A stretch of 59,689 nucleotides of DNA from an uncultured Candidatus Saccharibacteria bacterium. GTDB lineage: Bacteria; Patescibacteriota; Minisyncoccia; Phycocordibacterales; Phycocordibacteraceae. A program made the position numbers and the translations under genes. The DNA lies in the NCBI GenBank assembly GCA_964546795.1, contig CAZJKG010000001.1, positions 1-59,689 of the forward strand, in the 5' to 3' direction. The notes beneath the pieces are model-generated. The model was not told the origin of the DNA. It did no database searches and was given only the letters and a program-made list of their open reading frames with translations. Positions 49,811-58,620 of this stretch are shown one piece after another. Each line of letters begins with the position of its first letter. The stretch's first letter is position 1.

Positions 49811-51157
49811 ATGCAAGACCGAACGCTTATCGGTGACTTAGGAAGTCACGTCGGCAAAACAGTCACTATTTCCGGCTGGGTGGACGTCCGTCGCGACCAT
49901 GGAAAGCTTGTCTTCCTCGATATCCGCGACCGCTCGGGGAAAGTCCAGAGTGTGTGCTTGCCAAATCATGCCGAAGCCGTCGCTACGGCCCAAACGCTGC
50001 GGCCCGAATGGGTCGTACAGATAGAGGGCATAGTGAACGAGCGCTCAGAGAAAATGCGCGCCGAAGGCATCAATGGGAACGTGGAACTTGAGGCGCTCGT
50101 TATCACCATGCTTGCACAAGCGCAGGAGTTGCCTTTTGAGAAAGATATCGAGGTGAATATGGATACGTATTTGGATAATCTCCCGCTCACACTACGCAGC
50201 CAGCGCGCCCGGGCGATATTCAAGGTGCAAGCGGAGATTGTGAAGGTCTATCGCAGTTTCCTTGATATGGAGGGATTCATCGAATTCCAGGCGCCAAAAC
50301 TCACGGGTGATGATGCCGAAGGCGGAGCGAATGTTTTCTCGGTGCCGTATTTCAATAAAAAAGTCGCGCACCTAGCCACCTCGCCGCAATTCTATAAACA
50401 GATCATGGTCGGCGTTTTTGAACGCGTATACGCCATCGGCAATGTCTATCGCGCCGAAAAGCATTCCACGACCCGCCATTTGAATGAATATACCTCCATG
50501 GACATGGAGATGGGCTTCATCAACGACCATCGTGACCTGATGGACCTTATGACGCGTTTTATGCATGTGCTCATCGCGCAATTAAAGAAGAACTGTGAAC
50601 GGGAATTCAATATGCTCGACGCAACGCTGCCGAAAGTCCCGAAAACGTTCCCAGTGTTGAAACTCCGCGAGGCGCTTGAGCTCATTTTCAAAGAGACCGG
50701 CCGCGACCACCGCAATGAACCCGACCTTGAACCGGAAGATGAGCGTTGGCTCTCGGAGTGGGCGCTTAGAGAGCACGAGAGCGATTTCATATTCGTTACG
50801 CACTATCCGGTGGCTAAACGGCCGATGTATACGTATGAGGATCCGGAGGATAAGGGATATACGCGGAGTTTTGATCTCCTCTTGCGGGGCGTGGAAATAA
50901 CCACCGGAAGCCAGCGACGACACGAGTATGACGATTTAGTTGCAGGTATAAAAATGAAAGGTCTCGATCCAGAAAAATTCTCCTACTATCTTCAGGCGTT
51001 CAAGTTCGGTATGCCGCCGCACGGCGGATGGGGGATGGGCCTCGAGCGGCTCACCCAGAAGATGCTTATGCTTGCGAATGTAAAAGAGGCGACGCTCTTC
51101 CCGCGCGACATAAACCGTATTGACACGCTTCTTTCCGAGTCGTCCGTTAAAGAATGA
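49811..51157 (+). CDS. aspS: aspartate--tRNA ligase, archaeal/eukaryotic-type (short form)
   Basis: Start ATG 49811 (MQDRTLIGDL). OB anticodon-binding domain, motif 2 FRAEKHSTTRHLNEYTSMDME, motif 3 GGWGMGLERL. Confidence 0.9.
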   Translation: MQDRTLIGDLGSHVGKTVTISGWVDVRRDHGKLVFLDIRDRSGKVQSVCLPNHAEAVATAQTLRPEWVVQIEGIVNERSEKMRAEGINGNVELEALVITMLAQAQELPFEKDIEVNMDTYLDNLPLTLRSQRARAIFKVQAEIVKVYRSFLDMEGFIEFQAPKLTGDDAEGGANVFSVPYFNKKVAHLATSPQFYKQIMVGVFERVYAIGNVYRAEKHSTTRHLNEYTSMDMEMGFINDHRDLMDLMTRFMHVLIAQLKKNCEREFNMLDATLPKVPKTFPVLKLREALELIFKETGRDHRNEPDLEPEDERWLSEWALREHESDFIFVTHYPVAKRPMYTYEDPEDKGYTRSFDLLLRGVEITTGSQRRHEYDDLVAGIKMKGLDPEKFSYYLQAFKFGMPPHGGWGMGLERLTQKMLMLANVKEATLFPRDINRIDTLLSESSVKE

Positions 51158-51161
51158 GTTA

Positions 51162-52598
51162 ATGAATCTTACTTTTGCCAAAGGAGGTATTGAAAAAGCG
51201 CCGAAACAATTCGTACGCATCAAGCTCACTGACGAATCAAAGGGGACGAAACGTTTCGTGCGGGAAAAGGAAATAGAGACCCTTGAAATGGGGGTGGGGA
51301 AATCTGCGGAGATGAACAGACGGAAATTCGTCATTTTGTGCCGTTCCGTCATCCAATCGGCGAAAGCGAACAGGTGCAGAAAGATAGCAATCCAGTTTGA
51401 CCGCACGCCGGAACTATTCAAAAATCTTCGAGACATCTCTCCTGAGGATATTTCGCAGATCGCGGCGGAGAATTTTGAGATGGCGAATTTCGAATTCAAC
51501 GCTTTCAAGACGAAACCGAAAGAGGGTTGGCACATGGTGGAAGAAATACTGTTGTACGGGAAATCCTCGTCCAGCATCGAGAAGGCGGTGAGGAAAGGCC
51601 AGGAAATAGGGAAGGCGGTGAATGCGTGCCGCACGCTTTCCAACACGCCCGGAGGCAATATGACCCCGACCCTGCTTGCCAAGGCCGCCAAGGCGGCGGT
51701 GAAAGGGCTTCCGGTCAAAGTGACCATGCTTGGGGAAAAGGAAATGAAAAAACTCGGCATGGGAGCGCTCCTCGGCGTTGCTAAGGGCTCTACCGAAGCG
51801 CCGACCTTCACGATCATGGAATACAAGGGCGGAAAAGGAAGTCCTATCGTATTCGCGGGCAAAGGCGTGACCTTTGACAGCGGAGGGCTCAATTTGAAGT
51901 CATCAAACGGCATTTACGAAATGCATATGGATATGTCAGGAGCCGCTTCAGTCATTCACGCAGTAGCGTTAGCTGCACGTTTGAGAATTAAAAAACCAAT
52001 TATCGGCCTCATACCTGCGGTTGAGAACATGCCCGGCAATAATGCGTATCGCCCCGGCGATGTGTTGAAATCGCTTTCAGGGAAGACGATAGAAGTCCTC
52101 GACACCGATGCGGAAGGCCGGCTCATCCTCGCGGATGCGCTTACCTACGCGAAACGCTTCAAACCCTCCGTCGTCATTGACGTCGCGACATTGACCGGCG
52201 CATCGCTCACTGCGCTCGGCCTGCATGCAAGCGCTCTTTTGACCCGGGATGATGCTTTGGCCGAAAACATATCCGACAGCGGAGAGTCCTCCGGCGATTA
52301 TGTCTGGCGGCTTCCACTCTGGGATGAATATGAAGAGCGTGTGAAAGGAACGTTCGCCGATATCAAGAATGTGCCGGGCGGCTCAACGAGCCGTCATGGA
52401 GGAGCGATTGATGGAGGAATGTTCCTCTGGCAATTTGCGAAAGAGTTGGAATGCCCGTGGGCACATCTTGATATAGCTCCAAGGATGACGAGTGCGCCGG
52501 AAGATGAACTCGCAAAAGGCGCCGCCGGTGCGCCGGTGCGGCTATTACTGCGCTTTATCGAACAATGGCCCGTCACACGAAACGGCGTTGCCGCGTGA
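51162..52598 (+). CDS. pepA: leucyl aminopeptidase (M17)
   Basis: Start ATG 51162. VLDTDAEGRLILADAL and the GKGVTFDSGG motif. Confidence 0.9.
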   Translation: MNLTFAKGGIEKAPKQFVRIKLTDESKGTKRFVREKEIETLEMGVGKSAEMNRRKFVILCRSVIQSAKANRCRKIAIQFDRTPELFKNLRDISPEDISQIAAENFEMANFEFNAFKTKPKEGWHMVEEILLYGKSSSSIEKAVRKGQEIGKAVNACRTLSNTPGGNMTPTLLAKAAKAAVKGLPVKVTMLGEKEMKKLGMGALLGVAKGSTEAPTFTIMEYKGGKGSPIVFAGKGVTFDSGGLNLKSSNGIYEMHMDMSGAASVIHAVALAARLRIKKPIIGLIPAVENMPGNNAYRPGDVLKSLSGKTIEVLDTDAEGRLILADALTYAKRFKPSVVIDVATLTGASLTALGLHASALLTRDDALAENISDSGESSGDYVWRLPLWDEYEERVKGTFADIKNVPGGSTSRHGGAIDGGMFLWQFAKELECPWAHLDIAPRMTSAPEDELAKGAAGAPVRLLLRFIEQWPVTRNGVAA

Positions 52599-52705
52599 CG
52601 AAAAACGCGTCATAATGCCGTAAGTATGACGTATTACACACGGGCGTCGACTTTGGTTATGACATGCGCGGCGAAAGCCGAGACGCCGTTTTCGTGTGTC
52701 GGGCA

Positions 52706-53449
52706 ATGGAAACCGTAACCAAAAAGAATGTATTTTCAATAAAAACCGACTCCTATGAGGGTCCTTTTGAAGTGCTTCTTGACCTCATTGAGGAACGAAA
52801 ACTCCTGGTCAACGATCTTGCGCTTGCGAACATCACCGAGGATTTCATACAGCATGTGCGTTCGCAGGAAACATTTCCCGTTGAAGAAACTGCAAATTTC
52901 ATCCAAATCGCCGCAACGCTCCTCCTTATTAAGTCAAAATCTCTTATTCCCGACCTCGCACTGACTGAAAACGAAAATGCGGATGTTGAAGACCTCAAGC
53001 GCCGGCTAGCGGCATACGAAAAAGTTCGCGAAGCGGCGCGTGAACTCTCACGAATATTTGGAAAGTCGATCATGCATCCCGTGGGAGAAAGGCCTCCGGA
53101 ACCCTCGTTTGCACCTTCGCGCGATCTCTCCGTGAGCGCGCTTGAAGCGACGCTTGTACGAGTTCTCGCGGCGCGCGTGGTGGTGGAGGAGCTGCCTGAA
53201 GCCCGCGTGAAGCCGCTCATCACTATTGAGGAGATGATGGATCGGCTAGCCAAGCGTGTACAAAGCACTATGACGCTTTCCTTCAAGGAATTCGCCGGAA
53301 GCGTAAAGGAAAGGGTGGAGGTTATCGTGTCTTTTCTTGCGCTTTTGGAGCTCGTGAAGCAGGGTGCAGTCGCCGCGGAACAGCATGGTACCTACGGCGA
53401 GATTCGCATCAGTCATACTGCCTCTCGAGCGGTCCCGCGCTACGGATAA
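52706..53449 (+). CDS. scpA: segregation and condensation protein A
   Basis: Start ATG 52706. YEGPFEVLLDLIEERKLLVNDLALANIT is the kleisin ScpA N-terminus. Confidence 0.85.
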   Translation: METVTKKNVFSIKTDSYEGPFEVLLDLIEERKLLVNDLALANITEDFIQHVRSQETFPVEETANFIQIAATLLLIKSKSLIPDLALTENENADVEDLKRRLAAYEKVREAARELSRIFGKSIMHPVGERPPEPSFAPSRDLSVSALEATLVRVLAARVVVEELPEARVKPLITIEEMMDRLAKRVQSTMTLSFKEFAGSVKERVEVIVSFLALLELVKQGAVAAEQHGTYGEIRISHTASRAVPRYG

Positions 53450-53490
53450 GCATCCCCAAAGGCGCATTGCCGAGGAGGAGCGGCGCCGTT

Positions 53491-54066
53491 ATGATAGAGG
53501 GAATGCTCACTCCTCCTGCCGCCGCCCATGCACTCCTCTTCGCTTCCGGCGATCCTCTGGAAAAGAAACGGCTCGCAGGGCTTCTCGATATCAAGAACTC
53601 AGAACTTGCGGTGGTACTCAAAGCGCTTGCCGATTCGCTCAAAGGAAGCGGTGTTGTGTTGGTTGAGACCGATACTGAGGTTGAATTACGCACGGCGCCC
53701 CTCGCTTCCGGCTTCATAAAGAAGCTCCGAGAAAGCGAGCTGACGCGTGACTTGGGGAAGGCGAGTTTGGAGACGCTTGCCGTTATCGCGTACCAGACGG
53801 GCACGACCCGCAGCGAGATTGATTGGGTGCGCGGTGTCAACTCGTCGACATCGCTTCGCACTCTGCTTTTGCGCGGCCTCATTGAGGGAAGGGAGGATGA
53901 ACGCGATAAGCGACGAGTGCGATACGCTCTCACGACCGAAGCGCTTGCGCATTTGGGCATATCGCGCGAAAGCGAACTGCCGCGAGTCGAGGAATTGGGC
54001 ACCAAAGCGCGAACTATTATTGAAGAAGAAATGCGGAACGCGGCCAGTGCAGATGCTTCCGTCTAA
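53491..54066 (+). CDS. scpB: segregation and condensation protein B
   Basis: ATG 53491 (the track start 53467 is a TTG). ALLFASGDPL...SLETLAVIAYQTGTTRSEIDWVRGV winged-helix repeats. Confidence 0.85.
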   Translation: MIEGMLTPPAAAHALLFASGDPLEKKRLAGLLDIKNSELAVVLKALADSLKGSGVVLVETDTEVELRTAPLASGFIKKLRESELTRDLGKASLETLAVIAYQTGTTRSEIDWVRGVNSSTSLRTLLLRGLIEGREDERDKRRVRYALTTEALAHLGISRESELPRVEELGTKARTIIEEEMRNAASADASV

Positions 54067-54071
54067 GATAT

Positions 54072-55019
54072 ATGGATACCGTCGAACTTCAGAAGCTTGC
54101 TTTACAAACTCGCTTTATGCGCGAGACGGGTATTGCGCTGGTGTTTGGTTCAGGTATTCTCGCACTCTTTCTTTTCATACCGATAACGCCGAAGGAAACA
54201 TCCTCCGCGCCGATCGCTGTAGCAACGTCAACCGCTCCTGATGCGTTTGCGCGAGTTCCGATTGAGGCGAAGGCGGCCATCGTCTACGACCTTGCCTGTG
54301 GAAAAACGCTCTATGCCAAAAATGCCGATGCGCAACTACCGCTCGCTTCACTCACAAAACTTCTGACCGTGTATGCCGCGCTCAACGAACTTTCGTTGCA
54401 TACACCTATAACCATTCCCGCCGAAGCGACACATCTTGAAGGACCTCATGTTTTTTCCGCGGGACAGACATTTACGCTCGCCGATCTTGCGCGTCTCACC
54501 TTGGTCGCTTCTCTGAATGATGGCGCCGCAGCTATTGCACAGACGACCGCTTCTCGCTCGCAGCGCTCGCAAAATGAAACGCTTGCCGCTGCGGCCGTGG
54601 CGCTCGGCCTCTCGCAAACCTATGCCATCAATGGCAACGGTCTTGATGTGAATGCGGCGGTTTCCGGCGGTTATGGTTCCGCACAGGATCTCGCGCGTCT
54701 TGCCGGCGCTCTCATCAAACAAGCTCCGACGATTGCGGCGGCGACTATCAAAAGCTCCGCAGAAGCCGTTTCAGAAAAGGGAACTCTCTTCAAGGTCAAG
54801 AACACGGACCCGATGGTGGACACCATCCCGGGCCTGATGCTCTCAAAGACCGGTTATACCGACCTTGCGGGCGGGAATCTTGTCCTTGTCTTTGATGCTG
54901 CTATCGGGCATCCCATCGCCGTGGTTGTCCTCGGCTCTTCCTTGAAAGCCCGCTTCACTGACGGTACGGCGCTCGTCGCCGCGGCGCTCGCACACTTCGC
55001 GGGCGTGGAATCCTTATGA
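54072..55019 (+). CDS. D-alanyl-D-alanine carboxypeptidase (S11 serine peptidase/PBP5-like)
   Basis: SxxK (ASLTKLLT), SxN (SLNDG) and KTG (SKTGYT) motifs. N-terminal TM. Confidence 0.85.
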   Translation: MDTVELQKLALQTRFMRETGIALVFGSGILALFLFIPITPKETSSAPIAVATSTAPDAFARVPIEAKAAIVYDLACGKTLYAKNADAQLPLASLTKLLTVYAALNELSLHTPITIPAEATHLEGPHVFSAGQTFTLADLARLTLVASLNDGAAAIAQTTASRSQRSQNETLAAAAVALGLSQTYAINGNGLDVNAAVSGGYGSAQDLARLAGALIKQAPTIAAATIKSSAEAVSEKGTLFKVKNTDPMVDTIPGLMLSKTGYTDLAGGNLVLVFDAAIGHPIAVVVLGSSLKARFTDGTALVAAALAHFAGVESL

Positions 55020-56080
55020 TCACTTCAGACCTTATCAAAGTATTCATCCCGGCTACCGCTTCATTCGCAGTCGGCATCCTTTTCGCGCCGCTCCTCACGC
55101 ATTATCTGTATAAATATCGCGTATGGAAAAAAGTGGTGGGGAAGACCGCTCTTGATGGTTCGGTTGCCGTTGAATTTGAAAAACTGCGGACAACTGCCGA
55201 GACGACAACGCCGCGCATGGGTGGCATCCTCATTTGGGTGAGCGTTATGGTCGTCACGGTCGGAACGTGGATGCTCGCACAATTCTTCCCGTCGCCCTTG
55301 ACCGAAAAACTTGATTTCTTGAGCCGCAGCCAAACGTGGATACCTCTCTTTACATTGCTTGCCGGAGCCGGCATGGGTTTTGTGAACGACCTCTTGGATA
55401 TCCAACCGTCAGGCGAACGGGGCATACGTCTGCGCACACGGCTTCTGTTCGTCACGCTCATATCGCTTTTCATCGGGTGGTGGTTCTACGCGAAGCTCGG
55501 TGTGGTTGCCATCGGCATTCCCGCCGATGGCACGCTTATGCTTGGCGCATTCATCATTCCGCTTTTTATACTCATTACCATCGGATTGTATGCGGGCGGC
55601 GTCATAGACGGCATTGACGGGCTTGCGGGCGGCGTTCTCAGTTCCGCTTTTATGGCGTACGCCGGCATCGCATATTTCCAAAATCAGATAGACATGGCTG
55701 CTTTTTCGGCGACCGTATCGGGCGCGCTCCTCGCCTTTTTATGGTTCAACATTCCGCCGGCGCGCTTCTGGATGACAGAGACCGGTACCATGGGCCTTAC
55801 CATGACACTCGCCGTTGTCGCTTTCATGACCGATACGCTCGGGAACGGCTATGGTATCGCGGCGCTTCCCATCATTGCATTCCCGCTCCTCATTACCGTC
55901 CTTTCCAATATCATCCAGATCACTTCCAAAAAACTGCGCGGGAAAAAAATATTCCGTATCGCTCCGCTCCATCACCACTTTGAAGCGATTGGTTGGCCGT
56001 CGTATAAAGTTACGATGCGGTATTGGATCATCTCCATTGTGTGCGCCATCGTCGGCATGACCGTAGCCCTTCTCAAGTAA
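55016..56080 (+). CDS. mraY: phospho-N-acetylmuramoyl-pentapeptide-transferase
   Basis: 354 aa, about 10 TM, MraY-like loops (TPRMGGILIW, GFVNDLLDI, APLHHHFE). Confidence 0.93.
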   Translation: MITSDLIKVFIPATASFAVGILFAPLLTHYLYKYRVWKKVVGKTALDGSVAVEFEKLRTTAETTTPRMGGILIWVSVMVVTVGTWMLAQFFPSPLTEKLDFLSRSQTWIPLFTLLAGAGMGFVNDLLDIQPSGERGIRLRTRLLFVTLISLFIGWWFYAKLGVVAIGIPADGTLMLGAFIIPLFILITIGLYAGGVIDGIDGLAGGVLSSAFMAYAGIAYFQNQIDMAAFSATVSGALLAFLWFNIPPARFWMTETGTMGLTMTLAVVAFMTDTLGNGYGIAALPIIAFPLLITVLSNIIQITSKKLRGKKIFRIAPLHHHFEAIGWPSYKVTMRYWIISIVCAIVGMTVALLK

Positions 56081-56086
56081 GTATGA

Positions 56087-56208
56087 ATCCCGTTAGAAAT
56101 CGCGGACACTTTGATACAATGTGTAGCATGAGTTCGTTTATTAGCGATAATCGGATAGGGTTCGACCGCAATATTTATTGTGCGTCCGCGTCCTATTTCT
56201 AACGGGAT
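56087..56208 (+). repeat. long-range inverted repeat enclosing the mraY-ftsW spacer
   Basis: ATCCCGTTAGAAAT-CGCGGAC (56087-56107) pairs with GTCCGCG-TCCT-ATTTCTAACGGGAT (56184-56208). 14 + 7 bp with a 4-nt bulge. The 3' arm overlaps ATG 56207. Confidence 0.7.
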
Positions 56209-57304
56209 GAAATTCGCATCCGGTGACCGCATGTTCTTCATGCTCGTGCTCGGAATCGCGCTTGCCGGTTTGGCCATTTTCTCTTCCGCAGCGCTCGGGC
56301 TCCTCGCGCGGGAGAGCAGTTCAGTATCGCAAGACCTTCTGCTTCAGGCGGGCCTCGGGCTCGGGCTTGGGTTCCTCTCGCTCTTTGCGGCGCGCGCCGT
56401 TCCCCTTGCGTGGATAAAGCGTTTAGCGCCCTATATCTATGCCGCAACGCTCCTTTTTACCGCGCTCGTCTTCGTGCCAAGCATTGGGTTCCAAGCGGGT
56501 GGTGCCACCCGCTGGATCGATCTGGGCTTCACCACTACACAACCGGCCGAATTTCTGAAGATTGGTTTTGTGATAATGCTCGCCTGGTGGCTCGCGCCGC
56601 GCGCGCGGCAACTGACCGAACCGAAAAAAGGATTGATTCCTTTTATCGCTCTACTCGCGCTGCCGTCCATCCTCCTGCTCGCCCAACCGAACACGTCGAT
56701 GATGCTTCTCATCCTCGCCACCGGTGCCGTGATGTACTTTGCCGCGGGAGCGCCCTGGCGCGATTTCGGTATTCTCCTGCTCGGTGTCATTCTCGCCATT
56801 AGTGTTGTAGTTCTCGTGCGACCATATGTGCTTGAGCGCATAAAAACATTCATCAATCCTTCGGCGAATTCGCTGAGCAGCGGCTATCAGATCCAACAAT
56901 CGTTGATCGCCATCGGCTCCGGCGGACTTCTAGGAAGAGGTTTTGGGCAGAGTGTGGAAAAGTTCAACTACCTACCGGAACCTGAAGGCGACTCCGTCTT
57001 CGCTGTTTTTGCGGAGGAAACTGGATTTTTCGGGGCAACAGTGTTGCTTGCTCTTTTCATCGCGCTTGCCTCGCGCGGCATGGTGATAGCGGGGAATTCG
57101 CAAGATCTCTTCGGCGGACTTATCGCGCTCGGTTTTTCCAGCATTATCATTCTGCAGGCCTTTATCAACATTGGCGCCATGCTGGGCATCATTCCGCTTA
57201 CGGGCTTGCCGTTGCCTTTTATTTCCCACGGCGGGACCGCGCTTGTGGCCGTTCTTATCATGTGCGGCCTCATCCTGAACGTCGCGGCACATCGCAAATC
57301 CTAA
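56207..57304 (+). CDS. ftsW: FtsW/RodA/SpoVE family cell-cycle protein (SEDS glycosyltransferase)
   Basis: Start ATG 56207 (the alternative at 56180 is a non-ATG track start). Multi-TM with the QPAEFLKI, GYQIQQSL and PFISHGGTA motifs. Confidence 0.85.
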   Translation: MKFASGDRMFFMLVLGIALAGLAIFSSAALGLLARESSSVSQDLLLQAGLGLGLGFLSLFAARAVPLAWIKRLAPYIYAATLLFTALVFVPSIGFQAGGATRWIDLGFTTTQPAEFLKIGFVIMLAWWLAPRARQLTEPKKGLIPFIALLALPSILLLAQPNTSMMLLILATGAVMYFAAGAPWRDFGILLLGVILAISVVVLVRPYVLERIKTFINPSANSLSSGYQIQQSLIAIGSGGLLGRGFGQSVEKFNYLPEPEGDSVFAVFAEETGFFGATVLLALFIALASRGMVIAGNSQDLFGGLIALGFSSIIILQAFINIGAMLGIIPLTGLPLPFISHGGTALVAVLIMCGLILNVAAHRKS

Positions 57305-57333
57305 ATTAATACTATCGATAACATTGTCAGTGC

Positions 57334-57440
57334 CCTTCGCGCCACAAGTGATTTTGGAGCGTCCGGAGCGCGACGGCGCGAGATAGAGCAAATTTTCAGC
57401 AGAAAATTATGCGGCTCCAAAATCACTTGTGGCGCGAAGG
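57334..57440 (+). repeat. 27-bp perfect inverted repeat (107-nt element) in the ftsW-murG spacer
   Basis: CCTTCGCGCCACAAGTGATTTTGGAGC (57334-57360) and its exact reverse complement (57414-57440). 53-nt loop containing an inner AATTTTC/GAAAATT hairpin. TTTTTT at 57445-57450. Confidence 0.85.
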
Positions 57441-57480
57441 ATCGATTTTTTATACGAAGCAGGTAGGGTATACTTTACGC

Positions 57481-58620
57481 ATGACCATTGTGTTTACCGG
57501 CGGGGGAACGGGGGGACATTTTTATCCAATCATCGCCATCGCCGAAGCGCTTGATGATCTCGTCCACGAGGAACGCCTCATCGCACCATCGCTCTACTAT
57601 CTCGCGCCGAATTCATTTGACGAGAAAGCTCTCTTTGAGAACGGTATCACGTATATCCGCATACCGGCGGGAAAGCTACGCCGCTATGCTTCACTGCGAA
57701 ATATCACCGATCTATTCATCACCTTGGCCGGAACGCTTTCAGCACTTTTTACGCTTTTCCGTTTGTATCCGGATGTGGTGATGAGTAAGGGCGGTTATGG
57801 TAGCGTGCCGACAGTGCTCGCTGCGCGGCTGTTGTTCATTCCCGTTATCATCCATGAGTCGGATGCTAAACCCGGGCGCGCAAATCTACTGGCGGCAAGG
57901 TTTGCGGCAAGAATTGCCATTTCCTTTGAAGGTGCAGCAAAATATTTTCCCGACAAGGTACAGAATAAGATCGCTCGAACCGGCATTCCCATCCGCAAGG
58001 CGCTCATGCGCATAGAACCCGAAGGTGCGCGACAGTATCTGGGGCTTGAGAAAAACGTACCAACCATCCTTATTCTGGGCGGTTCACAGGGTGCGATGAA
58101 GATAAATGAGACCGTGCTTTCATCCCTCCCGACCTTTGTTTCTTTCGCCAACATTATTCACCAAACAGGGCAGGCGCATTTCAAGAATGTTGAGGCGGTC
58201 GCGCAGGTCGTGCTTGCCACATCTCCGCACGCGAACCGCTATCATGCTGTTAACTATCTGTCCGAAATATCGCTCCAGCGCTCTGCCGGGGTCGCGGACA
58301 TCGTTATCTCGCGCGCAGGCGCCAACTCAATCGCTGAGATAGGCCTTTGGAAAAAACCGGCGATCCTTATCCCGATTCCCGAGGCAATAAGCCACGATCA
58401 GCGCAGTAATGCGTATGCATATGCGCAGACGGGAGCGGCCATTGTGCTTGAGGAAGAGAATCTTACGCCGAACCTTCTCGTTTCCGAAGCGCGTCGCATC
58501 ATCAGCAATCCGGAGTTGGGAAAACGCATGGGTCTGGGAGCCGAAGGATTTACTGACCCGGATGCTGCACGCATCATCGCCCGCGAAGTGTTGTCAATCG
58601 CACTTTCCCATGAATCATAA
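57481..58620 (+). CDS. murG: undecaprenyldiphospho-muramoylpentapeptide beta-N-acetylglucosaminyltransferase
   Basis: Start ATG 57481 (TATACT 57469-57474 lies 6 nt upstream). GGGTGGHFYP N-terminal G-loop. Confidence 0.9.
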   Translation: MTIVFTGGGTGGHFYPIIAIAEALDDLVHEERLIAPSLYYLAPNSFDEKALFENGITYIRIPAGKLRRYASLRNITDLFITLAGTLSALFTLFRLYPDVVMSKGGYGSVPTVLAARLLFIPVIIHESDAKPGRANLLAARFAARIAISFEGAAKYFPDKVQNKIARTGIPIRKALMRIEPEGARQYLGLEKNVPTILILGGSQGAMKINETVLSSLPTFVSFANIIHQTGQAHFKNVEAVAQVVLATSPHANRYHAVNYLSEISLQRSAGVADIVISRAGANSIAEIGLWKKPAILIPIPEAISHDQRSNAYAYAQTGAAIVLEEENLTPNLLVSEARRIISNPELGKRMGLGAEGFTDPDAARIIAREVLSIALSHES

